Assembly (NCBI GenBank): GCA_051362555.1
Contig: JBPQGU010000016.1
Span: 62,001 to 126,000 of the forward strand
Reading direction: 5' to 3'
Origin: Lingula anatina
Taxonomy: Eukaryota; Animalia; Brachiopoda
Length of the DNA stretch: 64,000 nucleotides
Below the pieces are notes generated by a model. That model was given only the letters and a program-made list of their open reading frames with translations. It was not told the DNA's origin and searched no databases. A program made the translations under genes and the position numbers. Below, piece after piece: positions 53,527 through 64,000 of this stretch. Every line of letters starts with the position of its first letter. Position 1 is the stretch's first letter.

Positions 53527-53662
53527 CTCTCCTTATCAAACGCCTTTTCAGCACAGAAATAAAATGATCTCATCCGCGTCTCTGGTGGAATAAGACCAAT
53601 GGAGAACTTCTTTCCCACCTTGGGATTCTCATCAACTGTGTATCCATGGAGATGTGACACAC
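53527..53662 (-). CDS. PDZ-PH-PH protein exon (PH2 second half)
   Basis: cctcag|...|gtaggg. Reads GVSHLHGYTVDENPKVGKKFSIGLIPPETRMRSFYFCAEKAFDKER, with phases consistent with neighbouring exons. Confidence 0.9.
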
Positions 53663-53973
53663 CTGAGGAAGGAAGAAACAGCAATGCAGATACCTCATTG
53701 GATAAAAATGAGCATCTTTGATAATGTGATTACATTGTCTTACTTGTCTCTGTCCTTTAAAAAATGCATAATGTGAACTACGACCGATGTTAAATGAGCA
53801 ACAGAGAACAACACTAGATTGGTTTCACAAAATGTAAGAAACGATGCCCATTTTACAAGGACCTTTGCTCTGATTCATCCTCGGACAAAGATATTCATTT
53901 AGTTAAAACCAACCTTTGACAGTTCTTCTGTAAAAGTGAACTGTCTCTAGACCCACCCTATGACATTCCTCAC

Positions 53974-54160
53974 CTTTGGCTGTATTAGAGGCCACATCAG
54001 TGTAGTAATACATGCAAGCATCCTTCAAGACAAAGTAACGCTTCTGCCACTTATGTCGATTTGTGCCAAGTTTATGCAGGTAACCATGGCAATCTGGGTT
54101 TTTGATTGACAGGGCTGGAAGATCCACATTCTGACTGCTAACATCTATCCATGTGTCCAT
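53974..54160 (-). CDS. PDZ-PH-PH protein exon (PH2 first half)
   Basis: ttccag|...|gtgagg. PDCHGYLHKLGTNRHKWQKRYFVLKDACMYYY is a typical PH beta1-beta3 pattern. Confidence 0.93.
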
Positions 54161-54534
54161 CTGGAATAGTCAAGTTAAATAATAATTATAATTATAAATT
54201 ATACTGGCCAAAACCCTAATCTGCAATATCTTTTACTCTTCATATACACCTCTAAGTTAAAACTGTTATATTTGGACTATGCATGAAAATGGTCAAAAAA
54301 TAATCTTGTAACATTCTCTAGTTTAATTAAATACTTAAAAAATCATGATAATAAATTAATGAATGAAAAAAAAAAGAAAAAATTAAATAAAAATATTAAA
54401 ATAAAATAATAAAAGGATGACAGAATGCAGAAAATGCATACAACTCTATTAGCCAAAGTTAACTGTCCGGAACATGAGAACAAAAATTTGTCATATTGTC
54501 TGTAAATTGATATTTATAAAGTGACTATGTTGTC

Positions 54535-54760
54535 ACAATGTGTAAGTTGTGGCATTCTACAGACTGATACAATGTGTTAGTTGTGGCATTCTACAGACTG
54601 ATACAATGTGTAAGTTGTGGCATTCTACAGACTGATACAATGTGTTAGTTGTGGCATTCTACAGACTGATACAATGTGTAAGTTGTGGCATTCTACAGAC
54701 TGATACAATGTGTTAGTTGTGGCATTCTACAGACTGATACAATGTGTTAGTTGTGATATT
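54535..54760. repeat. 34-bp minisatellite, ~6.5 copies (intronic)
   Basis: acaatgtgt(a/t)agttgtggcattctacagactgat at 54535, 54569, 54603 and onward. Confidence 0.95.
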
Positions 54761-54884
54761 CTGTCAGCTGTCACAATATCACAGTTGTAATATTGTGTAA
54801 GCTGTCACAATATCATTTAGACATAACAAGCATCCTTTACAAAATAATGTAAAATTATTGCCATGTTGGACAGTATAAGCTTAC

Positions 54885-54927
54885 CTTATTAGAAGTTTGA
54901 GCAGCCTGATTCAGAGCATCTGCCCAT
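54885..54927 (-). CDS. PDZ-PH-PH protein exon (PH1 C-terminal helix)
   Basis: ttttag|...|gtaagc. Reads (R)WADALNQAAQTSNK, containing the conserved PH tryptophan. Confidence 0.9.
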
Positions 54928-55941
54928 CTAAAAACAACACCAAACATGGAACATAGCATCAACAAACATGCACCAAAGCAACTCAACAGTCATGCAAGCT
55001 GAGTAGGCTGCTACTTCACAATGACAATTCTTTAAGCAAATCTGAACAGATAATGAAAATAATGGATTCGGGATATTTCGGAATCAAAGAAGGGGTGAGG
55101 TTGGTGGATGATGCATGGATGATGATGGGGGAGGGGCTTAAATTCATTCTTAAAAGTTCAGAGAAGCTTCTGTTATAAAAAATCATTAACTCAACATAAA
55201 TATAAATACAACCCAATTAAATCAACGACAACACATCAAAATGACTATGTAATCAGGATAAAGACTGTAACATCAATAATAATAATAATAATAATAATTT
55301 GCGTCCAGGCATGTCACTGAAAAAATTATTTAATAACTGAAAGTGTCACACCAATCTTATGTAATTAACAATAAAATATTTCATATATATGTGATTTAAT
55401 TTATGATACAAATTAGCATACCCTTTGTGTCAAGTTTGTGAGCATATTATTAAAATGATCTCATTTATATTTTTTTCTTTTACATCCAACAATGTAATTT
55501 TGCATTTCTGATAAGTAAATGTTAATTTGTTTTATTAATACAAATTTGATTATTTTATGCAAGTTTTCATGGTCCAGGAACCAAGTGGCATGCCTGCACA
55601 AATTTCTAACAAAAACACTACCCATCCTTCCACTGGGAATCAACCACTAAAAGTTTAAAATCAACAATGGCACATATTAAAAGACATCAAATCAACATGA
55701 TTACGCACAACAATTTAACAGCAAGTAAAAATGGATAAAAACTCAGGCTGTGTTAAGATCTGGAATAACTTAATCTGCACATATAAATGCTGAATACATC
55801 ACAAGATGACTAGACTACATGGACAAACCCTGTATGCGTTAAGATTTAAAACCATCCACATTTAGCCAAACAGGACCTATAGGTGTTTCATGCCCCAGAA
55901 AGAGAAGTTCTCTTTTGAGCAATAAACACAAGGCCTAAATG

Positions 55942-56096
55942 CAGGCCTGTATCCAGGAGGTCCAGGGGGTTTCAACGACCCACAATTTTTGTAGGAAAAA
56001 GGTCCACTCTGGGTAAAATTGCATGAAGATTGCATGGTAAATGTCCACTTTTTCAGAAGAAGAACCCCTCATTTAAAATTGCTGGCTACAGGCCTG
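55942..56096. mobile_element. Second, diverged copy of the 5-bp-TSD MITE
   Basis: TIR caggcctgtatccag / ctggctacaggcctg. Internal gtccactctgggtaaaatt and gtccactttttcagaa are shared with 49512-49678. Flanks are aaatg/agatg. Confidence 0.85.
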
Positions 56097-56498
56097 AGAT
56101 GTAACACAGTCACTTTGTGATGTCAGATAGTATTCCAGAGTAAATGAATCCAGAGCCAAGAGTTAGCTAATCAACAAAATGATAATAAATAATAAATGGC
56201 AAAGTTGAACGTTATTCACTCTGGCTTTTTCATATTGCTATGAGCATGTATCTGTTGCAACCGCAGTCATGTTCACCATGACATCTGGTGACATCTAGTG
56301 GTGAGTGGCTGTCATAGCACTTCAGACTGCAGTCATAGTAGAAATCATACAGCAACAGTTAATATAACAGAAACCAGAGTTTACAAAGTGTAACCTTGTC
56401 ATCTATATATAAGAAGTATACCTAGAATAACTAGGACAAAAATTAACAACACACTTATGTTATTGTAATAGCCCAGACCAGTAACATCCATAACAGAC

Positions 56499-56644
56499 CT
56501 GGACATCTCCTCCTCACTCTGAGCCACAAAGTAGTAAGTTCTGGACCCATATTTAAGAGCTTTGAATGCATGCCGTTTGTGTATATCGGTTGCCTTGGTG
56601 ATGGTGTAGTTGCTAAGCAATATGGCACCCAATGGATCTTTTTC
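56499..56644 (-). CDS. PDZ-PH-PH protein exon (PH1 second half)
   Basis: atccag|...|gtctgt. Reads EKDPLGAILLSNYTITKATDIHKRHAFKALKYGSRTYYFVAQSEEEMSR. Confidence 0.92.
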
Positions 56645-57015
56645 CTGGATTGTAAAAAGACATGGCTGTATTTGGATATGTCAGAATGTTATTAAGACAA
56701 AAGAGGACTTGTTTCACTACTATCAGCATGCTGTGCATAAATGGAATGTTGCCAATTACACACTGGCTTATTAATCAATGATTTTACACGTTTCTATTGC
56801 CAAGAAAGGCCAACTTGTATCGTTTGGCTGATTCATTATTTCAGCATCAACAATGTATGCTCTTCCATGACAAACTTTGCTAATGATGAAACCCTGCATC
56901 ACGCAATTGAACTTTACAGATGGTAGACAGTGTGGTATGTGAAGAAAAAAAGTTTTACATAAATCACAACTATCACAACAAATTATCGAAGGAACACAAT
57001 GAGCAACCACCTTAC

Positions 57016-57212
57016 CTTCTCAGTCTTATAATAATACAGGCAGTTATCTTGTTTGAGGACAAACCAGCGCTTCTTCCAGGACTTGATGTAGTTAGAGCTC
57101 TGTTTAAGCAGGTAGCCAGTAAGCATGGGGACCTTGGAGTCTCTACTGCCAACGTGATAAGGCAGATTGTTATTGGAAGCAGAGGTGATCTCCAGGTCCA
57201 CACTGTCTGAAT
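57016..57212 (-). CDS. PDZ-PH-PH protein exon (PDZ last strand, linker, PH1 first half)
   Basis: gtctag|...|gtaagg. Reads SDSVDLEIT...GYLLKQSSNYIKSWKKRWFVLKQDNCLYYYKTEK. Confidence 0.93.
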
Positions 57213-57263
57213 CTAGACAAGAAATAACAAGGATGGATGGATGAATACATTGTGGTATCGATC

Positions 57264-57264
<1 letters not shown>

Positions 57265-57309
<45 letters not shown>
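57265..57309. repeat. (TTA)n microsatellite
   Basis: Direct reading of the sequence. Confidence 0.95.
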
Positions 57310-57310
<1 letters not shown>

Positions 57311-57784
57311 ACCTATTGTTCATGAGATTATAAACTTATATTCGTGTGTGTGAGAGAGAGAGTGTGTGTAAGAGAGAGAGTGAGTGTGCAGTGTGCATTT
57401 ACCATACTTGGGTATATGTACTTTCTTATACTGAAATTTTTCAATTAAAAAAAAAATAAATAAATAAAAAATAACAAGTTAGACAGAAAGACTGTTGGAT
57501 GTACATATATATAATGTGAGAAATTCAGCAATTTATTTACACTCTTAAAAAAATATTTTATCAGAGAGAGTCATTTAAATAAGTAAATATGCAACATCAT
57601 TTTAGAGAAGAATGAAGCCTTCAGTATTTTTATTAATGTTTTTGAATAATAATAAAAAAAATAATATCATTATTGTAGAAATAGAAAAAAATAAAAAAAA
57701 GAACAGAAATAATTTGTTTCGAGGCAAAAAAAAACAAAAAAACATACATCAGAAATGAAACTTGATAAATTTTCTGCTACTTAC

Positions 57785-57895
57785 TGCTTTGTAAAAGCTG
57801 TAAACATTCACTGTGTGTGCAAGCCATGATATCCACCCCATTAATACAAGTTATAAGATCTCCAACCTCCAACCCTGCAGCCTCTGCAGCTCCAC
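57785..57895 (-). CDS. PDZ-PH-PH protein exon (PDZ second half)
   Basis: taccag|...|gtaagt. Reads GGAAEAAGLEVGDLITCINGVDIMACTHSECLQLLQS, the classic PDZ A..AGL..GD.I..ING motif. Confidence 0.93.
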
Positions 57896-57978
57896 CTGGT
57901 ATAAAAAAAATTAAAGATCTTTAACCATAGAAATATTCAAGTGATATATTTGCTTGGCACTGATCCAAACAAATGTAA

Positions 57979-58235
57979 GGGACCATTCCCAGACCCTACC
58001 TTACTAACTTTGGATTGATCTATCTCCAAGGGGATTCTGGCTAAATTGCAATCAACTTCAACAGCTTAGATGTCTGTCATGTCTACTGAAGCAGGTAGGG
58101 GGTAATTAATTATCATTTAGCAGTTTCAGTAGGCATGCCAGATATCTAAGCTGCTTAAGCTGAAAGCAATTTAGTGAGAAACCACTTGGAGATGGATCGA
58201 TCCTGTTAGATTGATCTAGGTATGAGAACCCAGTC
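57979..58235. mobile_element. Foldback MITE with ~80-bp inverted arms, possibly PIF/Harbinger-type
   Basis: ggattgatctatctccaag...tctactgaa is nearly the reverse complement of ttcagtaggc...cttggagatggatcgatcc. Flanked by taa / tta. Confidence 0.75.
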
Positions 58236-58369
58236 TTACAGATAATTTTCTCTTGAGTTCTTCAGAAAGTCTTGCAGAAATTTTTTCACATTCAAGTTAT
58301 AGCTCATGCAATGGTGAGTGAAGCTACAGTTTAGATATTCCATACAGTGCTAGTTTTGGCAGATGAACA

Positions 58370-58637
58370 TGTTAGTTGTGACAATGAGATCATTTGCTTT
58401 GACAGAGGGTGTCAGATGTGACAGTGAGGGTGTTATTTGTGACAGTGAATGTGTTGGTTGTGACAGTAGTGAGTTGTGACAGTGAATGTGTTAGGTGTGA
58501 AAGAGTGACAGTGAATGTGTTTGTTGTGACAGTGAGTGTGTTAGTTGTGAAATAGTGTGACAGTGAATGTGTTTGTTGTGACAGTGAGTGTATTAGTTGT
58601 AAAAGAGTGTGACAGTGAGTGTGTTAGTTGTGACAGT
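58370..58637. repeat. Degenerate ~21-bp minisatellite (gtgacagtga.tgtgttagtt)
   Basis: gtgacagtga core repeated more than 8 times immediately inside the intron after the first PDZ exon. Confidence 0.85.
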
Positions 58638-58641
58638 ATAC

Positions 58642-58743
58642 CTGATTTCAGAGTGGACACTACGGGAGGATGGCTGCCCTGGAAATGAAATCCGAAGTCC
58701 ACATCTCCTGGTCTCTTCACCACAGTCAGCATCTTGTCAGTCT
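58642..58743 (-). CDS. PDZ-PH-PH protein exon (PDZ first half)
   Basis: ttgtag|...|gtatac. Reads ETDKMLTVVKRPGDVDFGFHFQGSHPPVVSTLKS, where DFGF corresponds to the GLGF loop. Confidence 0.9.
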
Positions 58744-59193
58744 CTACAATTAATAAGAAAATTTAATCTTATTTCATTGCAAACTAACAATTATCAAGTT
58801 GTGGTAGAGGTCTTACCCCCCCCCCCCCCCCACGCCCCACCCATCCCATCGTAGCCATCCCAATGTATAGCAATTTTTACATGGAACTACAGCAATTTAT
58901 AGGTTTACGTTAATGAAACAAGCATGTTTAGATCTCATACATGTTGCTTGCTTGTTTAGTTATACTGTAAGAGAGTGCACTTTAATTGAACTTTAAAAAA
59001 ATGAAAAAAGATAACTGTTACATACATAATATATAATGGAAATGATTTGTGGAGATAGTATTTACTATTTACTGCTTTAGCATTTTTGTAATTTATTTTT
59101 CGGCATCTTTAACCTAGAAGGCATTTCATCACTCAAATACAGATTGCACACTAATTAATTAAATTCTTAAGTACGAAATTCATGGCACATTAC

Positions 59194-59409
59194 CGTAGTA
59201 TCTCTGAGATATTCTGTGATATGCCTGGGTGCTGGATTTTCTCTGTACATATTTCCTGGAGACAGCCTGATGGCGCCTCCTAAAGTCCCTCTCTGAGGTT
59301 GTGGACGTGTCTGATGCCACGGACTCTGACCCAACTGAGCCAAATCTGTCGTGGAGGCGCTGAAGGGGACTGACCATTGGACCGATGTCTTCGCCGTCAA
59401 AAATTTCAT
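59194..59409 (-). CDS. PDZ-PH-PH protein exon (pre-PDZ Ser-rich/basic segment)
   Basis: cttaag|...|gtaatg. Reads DEIFDGEDIGPMVSPLQRLHDRF...SERDFRRRHQAVSRKYVQRKSSTQAYHRISQRYY, phase 1 at both ends. Confidence 0.8.
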
Positions 59410-59655
59410 CTTAAGTTTATAAAGAGGAAGAGTTTTTGTAGAAATGTGCTTTAGCTTACAGTCTTGGTCATAACATTTCATAACAAGAATAATACTAATG
59501 ACAATGATAATATTCAATCTGCCAACTAATATATACAACATTTATACAGCATCATTCAAAATAAATGTATTAAGCGACTATGCCCAAAATTCTGTAAATC
59601 TTAATTATTAGTAAAAAATTAATGTTTTAAATGAAATTATACAAATAAACCTTAC

Positions 59656-59727
59656 CTTCATTAATTGACGTCAGCTGAGAAGAGTTCAGAAGATAATTTT
59701 TTACACGATTTTCATCAGGCACCTCTT
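59656..59727 (-). CDS. PDZ-PH-PH protein exon (72 bp)
   Basis: ttgcag|...|gtaagg. Reads EEVPDENRVKNYLLNSSQLTSINE, phase 1/1. Confidence 0.72.
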
Positions 59728-60366
59728 CTGCAAGCAGCACAAAGCATTTTTAATAAACATTTCAATTTAAATTGTATTTCTTGGTTTTCGTTATCTTTAA
59801 TGACCTGTAGTTCATATTAATACAGAAACTTAAATCATTGACTGGCACCAAAAATAAATTTAACAACTGACCTATGCTTATATAATTATCTATCATAACA
59901 TTGATACCATTTTTCACCAATAGATGGCAGTCTAAACAGCCTTTTTTTCATTGTAGAACCAATAATGGCTACAGCATAACAACTCTATTGTATTAGTGCA
60001 GGTGCACCTGTTAGAATACTTCTTATTACAGACTATAAGTATATGTACAAGGTATGCCTGGAAGATTTAAAAAAAAAGAAAAAAAAACATCCTGCATGCC
60101 ATTCCTTCAGGCAATGTGTACTGACAGTCTGATCTGATCTGATCTGATCAGACCAGACCTACAATTCCTGTGGCAAAATCTGCAGATCAAGCAATCAATT
60201 GAATACTCACAAATTAAAAGATTCTGCGCCTGATGAACAATGTCTTCATCGTTTGCGATGGGCTACTGATGACGAGGAAGACTGACAGTCTAGATATTTG
60301 TTAATCAATTTTTAAAAAATCAAATATTTGCACCTAGCTGTTTAACAGAATATGGCTGACCCATAC

Positions 60367-60486
60367 CTTCATTATGCCCATCTTCACCAGGAACTGTGTT
60401 TTCTCCACCAGGTGGCAGCAGTGAAATGTCGCCATTTTCCCCAGTATACACCCAGCGAGAAGAACGATAACTCTCCACATACATCC
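60367..60486 (-). CDS. PDZ-PH-PH protein exon (120 bp)
   Basis: ttttctcctcag|...|gtatgg. Reads GMYVESYRSSRWVYTGENGDISLLPPGGENTVPGEDGHNE, phase 1/1. Confidence 0.78.
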
Positions 60487-62611
60487 CTGAGGAGAAAATA
60501 AATCATTATATGCTATAAATATAATTTACTTTCTTTTATATTATATGAAACAGATGAGACCAAACCAATCAATGAAAAGTTTCAGCTTCATAAACATGCT
60601 CTCTATACTCATACATCTTTTCATCAAGTTATTCTAAACATTATACTAGTTCATGTATATCTATATAAAGCCATGAATGACTGTTTTGCATAGAATTTTC
60701 AACAAAGAAAGTGCATCTGATACCTATTTGGCTTCAATATCTTCATATTAACTACCCACTAGCATTACACCATTATTTGCATGGTCTATTGTTAAAATGG
60801 GTCAAACTACTGCCAAGCTTTTAAAAAACATTTACTAGGCAGCTCATCTAAGCCACTTAAAAAATTGTTATTCTAATGATAAGATGGCACGTTTTCTTTT
60901 TGCTCTGAGCCAAGACAAATCCAAAGTATAGTCAACTATAAGTAATTCCAGTATACCAGTCTACAACATTCATATAACAATCTTTCTTCTTTTTTTAAAA
61001 AATTCAATATACCATTAGAGAGGGATATGATGGATTATATATATGTATCTTAGGTCAAAATGTATATAATAAATCTTGGTCTAACAGTTAAGACCAATTT
61101 TGGCCTTAAGTCATTTTGTAAAGTCAACCCGAGTCACACGGTGATTTCCCTGAGAGGTACGTAGCAGTACATGAAATGCCACACCCAATACTTAAGCTGC
61201 TCAAGAAATTCATACAAATTTGATAAATTGCATTATCTGTTGTGCAAGCTTTTGATGATAATATTGAAATATTATTACAAAGTTGGGTTTCAGTCTTAAA
61301 ACAAGACTTTGTTAGTGACCTAAAAGTGTCAAAACTTGGAAAAATCCAAACATATTTGAATTAGCTGTCCTTTGAAATTTTGGAGAAATAACAGCACTTG
61401 GTTTCAGTGCATGAGTGATCTCTAATGTGTAACCCATTCAAACATTGTGAGGGCTGAACAAAGACCATGACACAAAAGCCAGAAGGAGGACCCAACAGTA
61501 ATCCATACTGTTATTCCACACACAAGATTCATACAAAATACTTAAAACACGCTCCTCCAAAAATGTTTTATCTGACAGAAGTATCTAAAAATAATTTGAC
61601 AATTTTAAAAATTAAATTTGATTGATGTCAGATTTTTATGCAGAAGTAAATTTAAAAAGATAATTATAAAATCTTGTAATAAAATATCTTTGGAAAAAAA
61701 AGGTGTTTGAAAATTTGGGGTTATTACTGTACCATACCTTAGCAGTAGTGTACGATATTAAGTGGTTAAATTATCTCAGATTTCCTTAAGCTCACAGCAT
61801 ATATCACGTGCTAGTTAATATGTTGGTTAAATTTGGCTTGTCCTTAAGATACAGCATGGCTCTCATGCCTTTATTGAATGATATCTGTGACAGCATGCTA
61901 AATTAAGATGTGATGAGTATGCTTTTCTATGGAAAAGAGAGATACTGTACATTATGTACATTCTTTTTGTTATCAAAATGATTTTTAAACTTGCAGATAA
62001 AATAATACATAATGACACTTAATAAATAATATATAGATAATCTGTGCTTCATACCCCTCACACTGAAGGAAAGCATACTAGTAAATAACTTTTTACATGT
62101 ATATAACATTAAGAAGAAATTGTCCTTCTTTTCCTCCACTTTTCACTGTACATATTGCATACGTGTGGAGCTAAATTTTACATCAAAAACCAAAACATCT
62201 GTCTCTGAACTTGGGAACAATTAACAGTTATGTGTTATACATCTGTATTATTTTAGGTTATGTGTATCAACTGTCATTCAAATCTTTCAAACCAACAGCA
62301 ATGAGTCAACTACTTCAAACAACAGGCCTTAACTGATATTTGTTTCAGCGCTTAAAAATATTCCATTTCATTTCATTCCATTTGAAAAAAAAAGACTGAT
62401 TACGTACATTGATCAGCTGTCCAAACATTACACTGTGCTGCAATATGTGTTAATTCCTAAGTTTTTAAATAAGAAAATTATAAATAGTGATCGATCTTCA
62501 AGACAGGTGTGCCATTCGTGAGCAAATAAAGAGGGGAAACTTTAAATAATAATAATTTTAGAAAAATGGTTGAAATTTGGGAGTAATTACTATACTGAAA
62601 GATGCTGTCAT

Positions 62612-62794
62612 TGGCTGTATTCACATCAGCAGACTAACTAGTCTGTGGATCAAATATGGCGAGCTCACTTGAATGCTTGTTGGGTAATCCCTGTGGGGAA
62701 TCTATTCAGTGTCTATAATTAAGTGGATTAGATGACCAGTTGGTCACCATATTTGATCCGTGGACTAGTGAGTCAGCTGTTATGAATTGGGCCA
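62612..62794. mobile_element. Foldback MITE with ~50-bp inverted arms
   Basis: tggctgtattcacatcagcagactaactagtctgtggatcaaatatggcga is nearly the reverse complement of tcaccatatttgatccgtggactagtgagtcagctgttatgaattgggcca. Confidence 0.75.
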
Positions 62795-62859
62795 TTATCA
62801 TTTCCAGTTAAAAATATCGCACCTAACACAATTAACGCAATGCACAACATTCTCCCTAC

Positions 62860-64000
62860 CTTCATCCTCGTCATCCGTCTCATCACTGCTCTTAGAAGGT
62901 GACTCCACTGCTCTTCCCTGACCATCAGCCAACACAATCCCTTCCAGAGACTCCTGACTCCGAGACATGGCCTTTGTTGACTTCAGCCTCCTGACAACTG
63001 GTAGCACCACCTCTTGGGACTGGGTAGTGTCCATAATCCTTGTTCCACTTACGTTAAGTGCTGTTTCTGCATTAACATCCCCTGTTTTCTCCATTTCCCT
63101 GTCATCAGAGGTTACCCCGTTCCCAAATGCTTGGTGATTTTCATTGTTTTCTTTGTTTTGTAAAGCATCCAGGCTTTTGGTATTAAGACTGTCTGATCCC
63201 AGAGACGTCGTCTGTTGCGACTGTAAATTTTCCAATGGAGCCCTCTGTGTCACAGACATGTCACCAGGTGGACAGGTTCCTGTGCCACAGCTGGCATGAA
63301 CAGCGAGATGGCCAGACTGTGAGGAATTATTTTGAGAAGCACAGCCTCCTACTGATTCATCAAGGTTATTGAAGTCTCTGCCAGCACCAGCTGTAGCAGA
63401 CTGGGTTGATTCAGTGCTATCTTTGGTATGTTCACCAGGTGCCATTACAGGTGGCAGCACAGGTGCTCGCTCACCAGGTGGCAGCACAGGTGCTAGCTCA
63501 CCAGGTGGCACCTGTGTCTCTTCACCATTGACCGTTCCTATACTCGGTCTGACCTCATTATCAGCAACTTCAACAATCTTATCACAGTTTGTATTGGAAT
63601 GTTTGACTACATCTGGGGCACTGAGCTTGGGCAAACTTTGCTGATTAATGACTGGTCTTAACGGTGATTTTACTGGGGGTTCGTGATTTAGGGACACTGG
63701 CTTGCCACCATGTTCTTCACTACTGCTCCTCAATTCCGTGTCCAAAGATCCATTACCACTTGTATAATCATGTTTTACCCCATTCTGGGAAGGATGCTTA
63801 TCAGATAAGGGTAATACTTCCGCAGAATTGCTCTTATCGAGTCCCGGCTGTGGTGGTCTAATCTGCTCTATTACAGGGGTGTTATCAGTGCATGAGTTCT
63901 GTTTAAGTGTACTCTGAGACTTTTGAACGTGAGACTCAGCAGTCCCACCCAGTTTATCTGATTCCTCATAGTTATTATCAACATCGTCAAGCTGATCATC
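62860..64000 (-). CDS. PDZ-PH-PH protein, large low-complexity (disordered) exon, 5' end outside window
   Basis: The frame of ORF 62798-63745 stays open to the window edge. Composition is S/T/E/P-rich. Donor GAAG|gtaggg at 62860 (phase 1) joins in frame to the 60486 exon. Confidence 0.82.

Noticed and set aside
60211-60289. Extra exon with strong gtgagt donor
   Set aside because: Every available acceptor gives an in-frame stop in the phase required by the upstream exon. Unsupported without RNA data.

Overview
Eukaryotic (probably invertebrate animal) genomic DNA in three parts. (1) 1-48707: an almost homogeneous head-to-tail array of ~34.7 copies of a ~1.40-kb unit (1400-1405 bp; one 1378-bp deletion copy), open at the left window edge. 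The repeated ORFs in it look spurious. Each unit does carry two minus-strand RNA polymerase III type-2-like cassettes with an identical perfect B box (GGTTCGAGTCC). One is ~97 nt, ends in a T5 run and folds as an A-box/B-box panhandle like a vault RNA, with a tRNA-Ala(TGC)-like arm in the middle. The other is ~200 nt with a tRNA-like head, an upstream TATA and a structured tail. (2) 48708-~50445: the array is fused to ~145-bp degenerate repeats and a terminal hairpin resembling the 3' part of a non-autonomous Helentron (HINE), with nested MITEs. (3) ~53200-64000: the last 11 coding exons of a minus-strand spliced gene encoding a long disordered region followed by PDZ-PH-PH domains, with MITEs and mini/microsatellites in and around it. 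All RNA folds and family calls were made by eye, not by computation.
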